Of a DNA stretch of 64,000 nt, positions 1 to 12,186 are shown piece after piece. The notes under the pieces are model-generated. The model was given only the letters and a program-made list of their open reading frames with translations. It ran no database searches and was not told the origin of the DNA. The number at the start of each line of letters is the position of its first letter. Within the stretch, counting starts at the first letter, position 1. Source of the stretch: Octopus sinensis (taxonomy: Eukaryota); the NCBI RefSeq assembly GCF_006345805.1, contig NC_043020.1, forward strand, positions 11,656,001-11,720,000. Reading direction: 5' to 3'. Both the position numbers and the translations under genes were made by a program.

Positions 1-450
1 CACCTGTATATATATATAAATAGATATATACACCTGTATATATATATATATATATATGGATATATACACCTGTATATATATATATAGATATATACACCTG
101 TATATAGATATATATAGATATATACACCTGTATATATATATATATAGATATATATACCTGTATATATATATATATAGATATATATACCTGTATATATATA
201 TATATAGATATATATACCTGATATATATATATATATAGATATATATACCTGTATATATATATATAGATATATTACCTGTATATATATATATAGAATATAC
301 CTGTATATATATATATATATAGATATATATACCTGTATATATATATATAGATATATATACCTGTATATATATATATAATATATATATATATTATATTATA
401 TATATATATATAGATATATAGATATATACACCTGTGTATATGTGTGTGTG
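1..450. repeat. TA-rich minisatellite, unit about 28-32 bp (CACCTG + (TA)n + GATATATA)
   Basis: CACCTG/TACCTG recurs every ~30 bp, separated by (TA)n runs; truncated by the window start. Confidence 0.9.
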
Positions 451-510
451 TGTATAGTCAAACATGTATATATATGTGTATGTATATATATGTACATGTA
501 TATACATGAG

Positions 511-778
511 TACAGGGTGCAGTGAATAAATTATCTTCTAAATTACACAAAAATGAAACGAACACTGACATCTCATTCTAACAGATATATTTACCAAAAT
601 TACATAAAAAATATCTTGAAATACTAAAGAGGAAATTCATTCAATAAAATCATCATTGTCTTCAATTACAACCTCCAGACAACTCCGTAATCTCCTGTAG
701 CTCTTCTGGATGGTCTCCTTGTTTAAGTTGGTGAATGTTGCCATAATCCTTGCCTTCAGTTCATTTTTGGTGTTCAAT
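511..778 (-). mobile_element. Tc1/mariner (maT/DD37D-like) transposon 3' end fragment
   Basis: TA|CAGGGTG terminus at 511-519. Minus strand 774->637 reads NTKNELKARIMATFTNLNKETIQKSYRRLRSCLEVVIEDNDDFIE*, a typical Tc1/mariner transposase C-terminus. Confidence 0.75.
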
Positions 779-1919
779 GACTGAAACCGGTACTGAAATG
801 TTTTTTGTACAATTTTTTTGGCATTTTCTATCTTGACTTTTTGTCCACATATATATATATATATATGTATATTAGGTTTGGAGGTGATGTACGGGTATTA
901 TATATTAGAAAAAATAAGGTACTCAGAAACCTGGATGGTTGTACATTTACAGATTTTTATTAATATGTCACATGTTTTTATAAAATATATAAGCGCTTGC
1001 ATCTACTCTAGTAGTAGATTCTTCAGATTTTAATTTTTTAGAGAGGATTCATCTCTTTTTATAGTATTATTGAGTGTGTAGGGGTAGAGAGAGATATAGG
1101 ACAGTAAAAGAGGGCGAGGAATGGGGAGAAAATGAGAGAGAGCATGGGTGTTTTTGTGTGTGTGTGTGTGTGTCTGTATGTGTGTCTGAAAAGAATGTCA
1201 ATGGAAAAGAGAAAGAAAGAAGGAAGAGAGAAAGAAGAAAAAAATGTTTACATCTATACAGCAGGTTAGTTCTTTCAATAGAAAATAATGAGTTGATTCT
1301 TGGCCTTTCAAAATGACAAAACCAGGTGTCTACTCTAAGGAAAGGGGGGGGTCTTGTTTTGATAAACGTTATTTTTCAAAAAGTTGTCTGGATTTATTAT
1401 CATCATTGTCCAGTGAGAGAGAGAGAGTGTGTGTGTGTTTTTTTTTGTGTGTATCTGAAAGAAGTGTCAATGGAAAAGAGAAGGAAAGAAAGAAGGAAGA
1501 AATGAAGAAGAAAATAGTGTTTACATCTCTACAGCTGTTCAGTTCTTTCAATAGAAAATGACAATTTGATTAATAAAAAGTTATTTTTCAAAAACTTGTC
1601 TGGATTCATTATCATCATCATCATCCTTGTCCAATGTTTGATTCCTCCTGCTGGTATGGGTTGGAAAATCTGGATGTAAGAGTCTTTCTATTTATGTATA
1701 TGTACATATGTATAGTATTGTGTGTGTGTACTCTTTTACTTGTTTCAGTCATTTGACTGCAGCCATGCTGGAGCACCGCCTTTAATCGAGCAACTCAACC
1801 TTGGGACTTATTCTTTTGTAAGCCCAGTACTTATTCTATCGGTCTCTTTTACTGAACTGCCAAGTGACGGGGACATAAACACACCAGCATCAGTTGTCAA
1901 GTGATGTTGGGAGGGACAA

Positions 1920-1982
<63 letters not shown>

Positions 1983-2229
1983 TATACATATATATTATAT
2001 ATACACACATATATATATATATATCATCATCATCATCATTTAGCATCCGCTTTCCATGTTGGCATGGGTTGGGAAGCCAGAAGGCTGCACCAGGCCCAGT
2101 CTAATCTGGCAGTGTTTCTACGGCTGGATGCCCTTCCTAACGCCAACCACTCCGTGAGTGTAGTGGGTGCTTTTTACGTGCCACCCGCACAGGTGCCAGA
2201 CGGGGCTGGCAAACGACCATGGACGGATG

Positions 2230-5160
2230 GTGCTTTTTACGTGCCACCGGCACGTGGGCCAGTCGGGGCGGCGCTGGCAACGGACACGGTCGGGTGGTGC
2301 TTTTTACGTGCCACCGGCACGGGGGCCAGTCAGGTCTGGCAACGGCCACGATCGGATGGTGCTTTTTTTTTTATAAATATATATATATATATACATATAT
2401 ATTTATGAACCAGCTTAATTTCCAAGTGAGAAGCAGAGTTTTTTTTTTATTTTCACTATTGTACGTCTTTGAGAAAGGTCTAAATGTCACAGTATTTTAT
2501 TTCTCCTCCCCTATGGGTTTGAGCCTTCTTCATGAATATGTAAAATATCATGTTCTTCTCTTCCTTTCACTGAGATTAAAAGAACAAGCTGGGATTAGTT
2601 ATATGTGGGGTAAGGTGATAATTCAATGATTGGAAACAGGATTTCTGGAGCCAGATAAAAGACATGACAAAGCTTGTTAACCCTTTTGTTACCAACCGGC
2701 TGAAACCGGCTTTGGCTCTGTTGTACAAATGTCTTGTTTTCTTAAGGTTTCAATTAAAATCTTCCACCAAACCTTAGTCACAATTTATGTTCCTAACACT
2801 AGTGAATGATAACTAAGTTATTTTACTCAATTCTTTGTTATATTTAAAGTAATTGAAAGAAACACAGAGCATCTCAAAATAAATACAGTAATGAAAGGGT
2901 AATGATTCAAAGCTGTTGAGTGTGTAAGGAGTGACCAACAGAAGCTACCATGACAGATAGATGTGGTGATGGTCAAACTGACTAAATGACAGGCATAAAT
3001 GACCAGCAGAGATTACTATGAATGATAGATATGGTTATGGCCAAATAGACTGCCAGAGCTCACCGTGATGAGCAAACATGAGAGAGGACATAAGGAGTAA
3101 GCAACAGGGTTACAATGATACACTTATACAGCAGTAGGGTGATGTTCAAAAAGGATAGACAAACACACAGAAAGAGAGAGAGAGACAGAGAGAGAACAAC
3201 TAGGATCGATAGTTGAATATATGGAATTAGTGGGTATTTGAGAAATATAGTAAACATTAACTTTAGCCCAGAACATATATGCTACACTCTCACGTAGATA
3301 TGCATTCATATACTCTTTACTCTTTTACTTGTTTCGGTCATTTGACTGCGGCCATGCTGGAGCACCGCCTTTAGTCGAGCAAATCGACCCCGGGACTTAT
3401 TCTTTGTAAGCCCAGTACTTATTCTTTCGGTCTCTTTTGCCGAACCGCTAAGTGACGGGGACGTAAACACACCAGCATCAGTTGTCAAGCAATGCTAGGG
3501 GGACAAACACACACACACAAACACACATACATCATCATCGTTTAGCGTCCATTTTCCATGCTAGCATGGGTTGGACGGTTCTACTGGGGTCTGTTAAGCC
3601 AGAAGGCTTCATCAGGCCCAGTCAAATCTGGCAGTGTTTCTACGGCTGGATGCCCTTCCTAACGCCAACCACTCCGTGAGTGTAGTGGGTGCTTTTTACG
3701 TGCCACCGGCACGTGGGCCAGTCGGGGCGGCGCTGGCAACGGACACGGTCGGGTGGTGCTTTTTACGTGCCACCGGCACGGGGGCCAGTCAGGTCTGGCA
3801 ACGGCCACGATCGGATGGTGCTTTTTTTTTTATAAATATATATATATATATACATATATATTTATGAACCAGCTTCATTTCCAAGTGAGAAGCAGAGTTT
3901 TTTTTTTTATTTTCACTATTGTACGTCTTTGAGAAAGGTCTAAATGTCACAGTATTTTATTTCTCCTCCCCTATGGGTTTGAGCCTTCTTCATGAATATG
4001 TAAAATATCATGTTCTTCTCCTCTTCCTTTCACTGAGATTAAAAGAACAAGCTGGGATTAGTTATATGTGGGGTAAGGTGATAATTCAATGATTGGAAAC
4101 AGGATTTCTGGAGCCAGATAAAAGACATGACAAAGCTTGTTAACCCTTTTGTTACCAACCCGGCTGAAACCGGCTTTGGCTCTGTTGTACAAATGTCTTG
4201 TTTTCTTAAGGTTTCAATTAAAATCTTCCACCAAACCTTAGTCACAATTTATGTTCCTAACACTAGCTGAATGATAACCAAGTTATTTTACTCAATTCTT
4301 TGTTATATTTAAAGTAATTGAAAGAAACACAGAGCATCTCAAAATAAATACAGTAATGAAAGGGTTAATGATTCAAAGCTGTTGAGTGTGTAAGGAGTGA
4401 CCAACAGAAGCTACCATGACAGATAGATGTGGTGATGGTCAAACTGACTAAATGACAGGCATAAATGACCAGCAGAGATTACTATGAATGATAGATATGG
4501 TTATGGCCAAATAGACTGCCAGAGCTCACCGTGATGAGCAAACATGAGAGAGACATAAGGAGTAAGCAACAGGTGTTACAATGATACACTTATACAGCAG
4601 TAGGGTGATGTTCAAAAAGGATAGACAAACACACAGAAAGAGAGAGAGACAGAGAGAGAACAACTAGGATCGATAGTTGAATATATGGAATTAGTGGGTA
4701 TTTGAGAAATATAGTAAACATTAACTTTAGCCCAGAACATATATGCTACACTCTCACGTAGATATGCATTCATATACTCTTTACTCTTTTACTTGTTTCG
4801 GTCATTTGACTGCGGCCATGCTGGAGCACCGCCTTTAGTCGAGCAAATCGACCCCGGGACTTATTCTTTGTAAGCCCAGTACTTATTCTTTCGGTCTCTT
4901 TTGCCGAACCGCTAAGTGACGGGGACGTAAACACACCAGCATCGGTTGTCAAGCAATGCAAGGGGGACAAACACACACACACAAACACACATACATCATC
5001 ATCATTTAGCGTCCGTTTTCCATGCTAGCATGGGTTGGACGGTTCTACTGGGGTCTGTTAAGCCAGAAGGCTTCATCAGGCCCAGTCAAATCTGGCAGTG
5101 TTTCTACGGCTGGATGCCCTTCCTAACGCCAACCACTCCGTGAGTGTAGTGGGTGCTTTT
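2230..5160. repeat. near-identical tandem duplication, unit about 1.46 kb
   Basis: TTTATGAACCAGCTT at ~2402 and ~3861; identical ORFs at 3482 and 4946 (offset 1464); copies differ by a few substitutions and 1-nt indels. Confidence 0.9.
4144..4364. mobile_element. piggyBac-type MITE (TTAA|CCCTT...AAGGG|TTAA)
   Basis: TTAA TSD at 4140-4143 and 4365-4368, CCCT/AGGG termini; the same family occurs at ~2682-2899, 27903-28345 and 54870-55090. Confidence 0.8.
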
Positions 5161-5421
5161 TACGTGCCACCCGCACAGGTGCCAGACAGAACTGGCAAAC
5201 GGCCACGAACGGATGGTGCTTATTATGTGCCACCGGCGCGGGGGCCAGGCGAGATATACATATATACGACAGGCTTCTTTCAGTTTCCGTCTACCAAATC
5301 CACTCACAAGGCATTGGTCGGCCCGGGGCTATAGCAGAAGACACTTGCCCAAGATGCCACGCAGTACACATATATCTTCATGTTTTAAACAATGTGTGGA
5401 TGTGAAAATATTTACTTAGAT

Positions 5422-5648
5422 CAGTGGTTCTCAACTAGCATCCACATGTAAAATTTTGTTAAAATTTACATGCTATAAATCAATTATACTTCTATAATAC
5501 ACAAAACTTTTGGGTTTTTTTATACAATTCCTAATAATATTTAATTATAAAAATAGGATTTTTTTTAAACACTGAATGGCTACAATGGTCCACCCATGTA
5601 AAATTGGAATCAAAGGCTCCATGAGCAAAAAATAGTTGAGAATCACTG
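5422..5648. mobile_element. hAT (Charlie-like) MITE
   Basis: TIRs CAGTGGTTCTCAAC / GTTGAGAATCACTG; degenerate 8-bp TSD ACTTAGAT / ACTTTAAT. Confidence 0.75.
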
Positions 5649-5742
5649 ACTTTAATGAAAAGCTTTACAAAACTGAGTGTCCACATATACAAAAAAACCC
5701 ACTTTGAGAAATCTTCATTTAAATACATTTATAACTTCACTT

Positions 5743-6157
5743 AGGCGCAGGAGTGGCTGTGTGGTAAGTAGCTTGCTAACCAACCACATGGTTCCGGGTT
5801 CAGTCCCACTGCGTGACACCTTGAGCAAGTGTCTTCTACTATAGCCTTGGGCCGACCAAAGCCTTGTGAGTGGATTTGGTAGACGGAAACTGAAAGAAGC
5901 CTGTCGTATATGTGTATATATATGTATATATGTGTGTGTGTGTGTGTTTGTGTGTCTGTGTTTGTCCCCCTAGCATTGCTTGACAACCGATGCTGGTGTG
6001 TTTACGTCCCCGTCACTTAGCGGTTCAGCAAAAGAGACCGATAGAATAAGTACTGGGCTTACAAAAGAATAAGTCCCGGGGTCGATTTGCTTGACTAAAG
6101 GCGGTGCTCCAGCATGGCCACAGTCAAATGACTGAAACAAGTAAAAGAGTAAAGAGT
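5743..6157 (+). mobile_element. tRNA-derived CORE-like SINE, most abundant family (about 30+ full or partial copies in the window)
   Basis: Head GGCGCAGGAGTGGCTGTGTGGTAAG...CCGGGTTCAGTCCC (A/B-box-like), CORE-like CCTTGGGCAAGTGTCTTC, internal (TA/TG)n, tail GACTGAAACAAGTAAAAGAGT. Other full copies at ~9885-10285(+), 12515-12920(-), 18592-19003(+), 50890-51290(+), 57150-57545(-). Resembles described octopus OR-type SINEs (from memory). Confidence 0.9.
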
Positions 6158-6821
6158 ATATACGACGGGGTTCTTTCAGTTTCTGTCTACCAAATCCACT
6201 CACAAGGCTTTGGTCGGCCCGGGGCTATAGTAGAAGACACTTGCCCAAGGTGCCACGCAGTGGGACTGAACCCGGAACCATGTGGTTGGTAAGCAAGCTA
6301 CTTACCACACAGCCACTCCAGTGCATATGTATATGTACATATGTATAGTACTCGGAGTGTGTGTGTGTGTTTAATACAAAATTACAGTTTACTTTACAAA
6401 ATTGGTCCTTCATCCAGTACAAATCATTACAGAAATAGTGATATTTCACCAAAGCCTTGTGAGTGGACTTCGTAGAAGGAAACTGAAAGAAAACTGTTGT
6501 ATATATGTGCAAATTTGTGTGTCTCTGTCTGTGTTTATACCCCCATCATTGCTTGACAACCGATGTTGTTGTATTTACGTTCCCGTAAGTTAGCGGTTCG
6601 GCAAAAGACACTGATAGAATAAGTACTCGGCTTAGAAAGAATAAATCTTGTGGTCGATTTGTTCGACCAACGGCGATGCTCCAGCATGGCCGCAGTCACA
6701 AGTAAAACAATAAAAAAAACTATGCCATTTTATTTATGTTTTGTCTATCACTGTTTGAGTTGCATAATAGTGGTTTTATCTCTAATTTATATTTTATTTT
6801 ATTTATATATATATATATATA

Positions 6822-6999
6822 CTTTATTTAAAGCAGCAGAAAATTCAACAAAACCTGTTACTCTGAGTTTCCCGTTGCCGTTCATCGGACAGTTTTTGCT
6901 AGAAAAACAGTTTTTTTTCTAACAAAAACTGTCCGATGAACGGCAACGGGAAACTCAGAGTAACAGGTTTTGTTGAATTTTCTGCTGCTTTAAGTAAAG
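6822..6999. repeat. 178-bp near-perfect palindrome carrying a hammerhead-like motif in each arm
   Basis: 6822-6908 is the reverse complement of ~6914-6999; the right arm reads CTGT CCGATGA ACG GCAA CGG GAA ACTC A GAGT A ACAG. Confidence 0.85.
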
Positions 7000-7909
7000 C
7001 ATATTACTCTACCACTGGTATTTGAGTACTCTTTTTTCCACCTTGTTTCACATTTATGTGTTTACTCCGGTATATATATATATATATATCCCACTGTGTG
7101 GCACCTTGGGCAAGTGTCTTCTACTATAGCCCCAGGCCAACTAAAGCCTTGTGAGTGGATTTGGTAGACACAAACTGAGAGAAGCCAGTCGTATATATGT
7201 ATATATATATATATATGTATGTGTGTGTATATGTTTGTGTGTCTGTGTTTGTCCCCCAATATCGCTTGTCAACCGATGTTGGTGTGTTAACGTACCCGTA
7301 ACTTAGCAGTTCGGCAAAAGAGACCGATAGAATAAGTACTAGGCTTACAAAGAATAAGTCCTGGGGTCGATTTGCTCGACTAAAGGCGGTGCTCCAGCAT
7401 AGCCGCAGTCAAATGACTGAAGCAAGTAAAAGAGTAAAGATATATAAGATATATATATATATATATATATGCATGTATTTATATACATCTATATGTACAT
7501 CCATATGTATATTAATTTATACATGTGTGTATGTGTGTGTTTGTCCCACACCACCGCTTAACCGGTGTTGGTATGTTTACATCCTCGTAACAACGGTTCG
7601 GCAAAAACGGTCAATAGAATAAGTACCCTGCTTAACTGGGATCGATTCGTTCTACAAAAATTATCCAAGTGGTACAGCAGCACAGTAAAAAGATATATAT
7701 GTGTGCGTATTTGCTACCCAACCACATAGTTCCGGGTTTAATCTCATTATTTGGCACCGAGGGACAGTGTCCTCTAGTAGTCTCAGGCCGACCAAAGCCT
7801 TGCGAGTGGATTTTGAAGACGGAAACTGAAAGAAGTCCGTCATTTATGTGAGTGTGTATGTGTGTGTCTTTATATTTGTTATCCATCACCAACTGGTGTT
7901 CGTTTGTTT

Positions 7910-8172
7910 AAAATAAATAAATAAATAAAATAAATGCACCCTTGTAAAGCCTAGCCAGGCTCATGGACCCGGTTTCTATGGTGTATGTGTTCCCTAGCTG
8001 GACGGAACACCAGTCCATTGCAGCGTTACTCATTTTTGCCAGCTGAGTGGACTGGAGCAACGTGAAATGAAGTGTTTTGCTCAAGAACACAACGCGTCGC
8101 CCGGTCCAGGAATCGAAACCACAATCTTACGATCATGATGGTGACACCCTAACCACTAAGCCACGCGCCTCC
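7910..8172 (-). mobile_element. tRNA-SINE with CORE-like and V-domain-like segments, (AAAT)n tail
   Basis: Minus strand: GGAGGCGCGTGGCTTAGTGG head, TTCTTGAGCAAAACACTTCATTTCACG, then GCAATGGACTGGTGTTCCGTCCAG. Confidence 0.75.
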
Positions 8173-8374
8173 ACAAATTAGCTGTTTGGCCAAAGAGCCG
8201 ATAGTATAAGCACCAGGCTTTTAGATGAAAAGATAAATACAGGGAAGGATTTGTTCGACTAAGTTCTGCATGGTGGTGCTCCAGCGTGGCCGCAGTCCGA
8301 CGACTGAAACAAGTATAAGGTAAAAAATGTACACGAAGGATGTAGAGAGGTATAAACGGTAAATTTTACACACA

Positions 8375-8776
8375 TTATATATATAAAAGTAGGGTTGTGT
8401 GTCTGTCTCCTACGATTTAGATTCCTAACTACTCCCACATTTTGCAGTGCCGTTTAACCCAAACCGGGTATCTTATAATCGTGATTCATATCGAGCCCTT
8501 CTGGGTATTAGCGCGCGTCTACGATGCGATGAGTCTACGATTTTTAAGAGAATTTACCATAATTTTTTTCCATTTTAATGCATTTTTTCGCTATTATATA
8601 AGGGAAGTAACTCTCTAAAAATGTCTACGATGAGTCAACGATGTTTTAAAAAATTTACCATAATTTTTTTCCCATTTTTAATGCAGTTTTTTGCTATTTT
8701 TTGGCTATAACTCTCTAAAAATGCTTATATAGTTATTTCCCTTACAAACCCGAGCAACACCGGGCGATACTGCTAG
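8375..8776 (+). mobile_element. non-autonomous Helitron
   Basis: 5' TATATATAAAAG, 3' hairpin CCCGAGCAACACCGGG followed by CTAG|T; same family at 41718-42101 and 46789-47089. Confidence 0.8.
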
Positions 8777-8896
8777 TTAATAATAAAAGACTGCTACGAA
8801 TTAATTTCTGAAAGCTAAGATGAGTTTAGTGCTCGACCAAATCAGAATTAAATAGAGTCCAGTAAAAGATGTGAGCAAGGAAAGGGTTATATATTT

Positions 8897-9771
8897 TGGC
8901 TTTGCCTTTCATCCTTTCGGGGTCGATAAATTAAGTACCAGTTACGCACTGGGGTCGAATGTAATCGACTTAACCCGTTTGTCTGTCTTGTCTGTCCCCT
9001 CTGTGTTTAGCCCCTTTTGGGTAGTAAAGAAATAGGTATTTCGTCTGCTGTTACATTCTGAGTTCAAATTCTGCCGAGGTCGACTTTGCCTTTCACCCTT
9101 TCGGGGTCGATAAATTAAGTACCAGTTACGCACTGAGGTCGAATGTAATCGACTTAATCCGTTTGTCTGTCCTTGTTTGTCCCCTCAGTGTTTAGCCCCT
9201 TGTGGGTAGTAAAGAAATAGGTATTTCGTCTGCTGTTACGTTCTGAGTTCAAATTCTGCCGAGGTCGACTTTGCCTTTCACCCTTTCGGGGTCGATAAAT
9301 TAAGTACCAGTTACGCACTGGGGTCGAATGTAATCGACTTAATCTGTTTGTCTGTCCTTGTTTGTCCCCTCTGTGTTTAGACCCTTGTGGGTAGTAAAGA
9401 AATAGGTATTTCGTCTGCTGTTACGTTCTGAGTTCAAATTCTGCCGAGGTCGACTTTGCCTTTCACCCTTTCGGGGTCGATAAATTAAGTACCAGTTACA
9501 CACTGGGGTCGAATGTAATCGACTTAATCTGTTTGTCTGTCCTTGTTTGTCCCCTCTGTGTTTAGCCCCTTGTGGGTAGTAAAGAAATAGGTATTTCGTC
9601 TGCTGTTACGTTCTGAGTTCAAATTCTGCCGAGGTCGACTTTGCCTTTCACCCTTTCAGGGTCGATAAATTAAGTACCAGTTACGCACTGGGGTCGATGT
9701 AATCGACTTAATCCGTTTGTCTGTCCTTGTTTGTCCCCTCTGTGTTTAGCCCCTTGTGGGTAGTAAAGAAA
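8897..9771 (+). repeat. tandem array of a 185-bp SINE-derived unit (about 4.7 copies)
   Basis: Junction AATAGGTATT at 9031, 9216, 9401 and 9586 (period 185); the unit is the body of the GGCGGCGAGCTGGCAGAAACG SINE without its 5' head. Confidence 0.9.
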
Positions 9772-10414
9772 TATATATATATATATATTTTGGCCATGTC
9801 ATAAGGACAGGTGGCCTTTAAAATTTACTGGTCGTTGGGAAAAAGTCCAAGAGGAACTAGAAAAGAAAAAATGAAAATAACTAGGAGTGGCTGTGTGGTA
9901 AGTAGCTTGCTTACCAACCACATGGTTCCGGGTTCAGTCCCACTGCGTGGCACCTTGGGCAAGTGTCTTCTACTATAGCCTCGGGCCGACCAAAGCCTTG
10001 TGAGTGGATTTGGTAGACGGAAACTGAAAGAAGCCTGTCGTATATATGTATATATATATATATGTATGTGTGTTTGTGTGTCTGTGTTTGTCCCCCTAGC
10101 ATTGCTTGACAACCGATGCTGGTGTGTTTATGTCCCCGTTACTTAGCGGTTCGGCAAAAAGAGACCGATAGAATAAGTACTGGGCTTACAAAGAATAAGT
10201 TCCGGGGTCGAGTTGCTCGACTAAAGGCGGTGCTCCAGCATGGCCGCAGTCAAATGACTGAAATAAGTAAAAGAGTAAAGAGAGATTGAAGATGCAACAG
10301 TTAATGAGGCGGAAAGAACTGTCACACAGGCCGTTCACGGTCCAACAGTTGGTTTATTGTAAATAATGCAAAAAAGGGATTTTCGCTTTTGTTATTAATT
10401 TCGTTACGGAAAAT

Positions 10415-11062
10415 ATATTAAGGAAAAGTAGTAAATCACTGACAGGACTTATTGCCAACCTTGCTAAATGACACTATCTGTGACATGGAATAAAATGAAT
10501 AATCAAAAAGATTCGGGCTTGTTGCCGTGTTTATTGAAGACTAATTCATAAATTTGGGGGCTTAAGAAGCAATAAGAGGGCTTCACGGTTTGGCCCTATG
10601 TTTATATTTGGGAAAAAAGCGACGTTAAATAAAACGTGTAGTCTATAAACAATGTGGAAGACATGTCATTGCCTTAAATAAATAAAGGGTGTAGTCTATA
10701 AACTATATGTAAGACATGTCGTAGTCTATAACCTATATGTAAGACATGTCGTAGTCTATAACCTATATGTAAGACATGTCATTGCCTTAAATATATTAAG
10801 GAAAAGTAGGAAATCACAGACAGGACTTATTGTCAACCTTGCTGAATGACACTATCTGTGATACAAACTGTGACAGAATAAAATGAATAATCGATGAGAT
10901 TTGGGCTTGTTGCCGTATTTATTGAAGTCTAATTCATAAATTTGGGGCTTAAGAAGCAATTAGAGGGCTTCACGAATTGGCCCTAAATTTATATTTGGGA
11001 AAAAAGTGACGTTAACTAAAGCGTGTAGTCTATAAACTATATGTGAGACATGTCATTGCCTC
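10415..11062. repeat. diverged local tandem duplication (~270-bp core, period ~380) with an internal 30-bp minisatellite
   Basis: ATTAAGGAAAAGTAG...GACATGTCATTGCCT at ~10416-10680 and ~10793-11062; GTAGTCTATAACCTATATGTAAGACATGTC about three times in between. Confidence 0.85.
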
Positions 11063-11129
11063 GCCTAACTACGCTGGCAAAACTTTTCAACATATTTTCT
11101 ACGAGAAAACAAAAATAAACACAACTCAC

Positions 11130-11264
11130 AATATATTCTGGGTTTTCATACATATATGTCATTTCACAACCGTTGCGCTCCACATTGAATATTACGTCCA
11201 GTACCCCGATCAGTAAAGCCGAATTGACAATTAGAACAATGAGTAGTTTTAAACTAGGAGACAT
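11130..11264 (-). CDS. PGAP1: GPI inositol-deacylase, coding exon 1 (rest of the gene outside the window)
   Basis: ATG at 11264; 45 aa MSPSLKLLIVLIVNSALLIGVLDVIFNVERNGCEMTYMYENPEYI, then donor GTGAGT. Matches the signal-anchor + C-x-M-[ST]-Y-M-x-E-x-P-E-Y motif of the PGAP1 N-terminus (human ...FEENKCSMSYMFEYPEY). No exon 2 recognised in 1-11129. Confidence 0.85.
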
Positions 11265-11451
11265 TTTAAGGAAAAGAAAGACAAAACAGCAGAGATAGAA
11301 ATAATTCCAAATTATCGAATCACGCCGCAAATACCGCCATAAATATATAGACCGGTGTTTAGTTGAAACATGTCGCCAAATGAAATAGTATCCCACCTGT
11401 TGCTGACACCTTTCTCACCTTGTAACTGTCAGCTGCTGAAATTCTATATGC

Positions 11452-11675
11452 ATCATCATCATCATTGTTCGACCGTGGTCGAGACAATGGAATTTACTAT
11501 GCTACGCCAGACTTCACGGTCCATCATAGCTTTACGGAGGTCCTGTTGCTGGATGCCTGTATCCCTGGAGATTACATCAGGGTAGGAGAGTGTGCGCTTT
11601 CTGGTATTGCGAGTAGATGGCTTCCAGAGGAGAAGAGTAGAAATTACTTCTTTTTCAGCTCTACAACAATGTCCA
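11452..11675 (-). mobile_element. RTE-type LINE 3' fragment with (TGA)n tail, just upstream of the PGAP1 ATG
   Basis: Reverse complement of the 49003-49323 ORF end; CATCATCAT tail at 11452-11464. Confidence 0.85.
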
Positions 11676-12034
11676 TGTATGTGTGTGTGCTTTTTCTAAA
11701 TTAGGAAGTAGAGTGTTTCAGTGCCCTCTAGGCATAACTATTTAAGTGTCCCCCCCCCGCTAACCCCGACTTTGTTTCCTCATAACCTTCAGGAAAATGG
11801 ATATTTTTTAAAGAAATTTTTCTACAGATACTTTTAAAATGGTGTAGATTCCGATTATATCGGAATTTAATGTAGGGAAAGAAAACGATGGGCGTGCACA
11901 CATAAATACGGATATGCATAACAAGATTATTTTTTTTTCATCCTTTCAAGTTTCAATTGTTTTTACATATATGTGATGTATATCGAATGTAGTGTATGTC
12001 TGTGCAACCACAGATTTACATATATATATATATT

Positions 12035-12186
12035 GTTGTTGGCATCCTTTTTGTCTCGGGAGACAATGGAGTTGCGCATAAAAATAGTCCAGTCCGGCTT
12101 TTACATTTCATGTCCTGATACATTTCCTGCTGTGGCTGTGTAGTCCTATCCTGGACAAATACTCCCTCTGGCAGGTACCGCAAATA
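12035..12186 (-). mobile_element. RTE-BovB-like LINE extreme 3' end
   Basis: ICGTCQREYLSRIGLHSHSRKCIRT* (C2H2-like ORF2 end) followed by CCATTGTCTCCCGAGACAAAAGGATGCCA. Confidence 0.7.

Noticed and set aside
8897-9771. Ribozyme or back-splice origin of the 185-bp unit (junction reads AG|GT)
   Set aside because: No CUGANGA/GAAA core on either strand, and monomer flanks do not supply proper splice sites; TAG microhomology is a simpler explanation.
1-11129. PGAP1 exon 2 (expected ...LYLYGEG...PVLFLPGNAGS)
   Set aside because: No matching frame was found by eye; it presumably lies beyond the window start, so intron 1 is over 11 kb.
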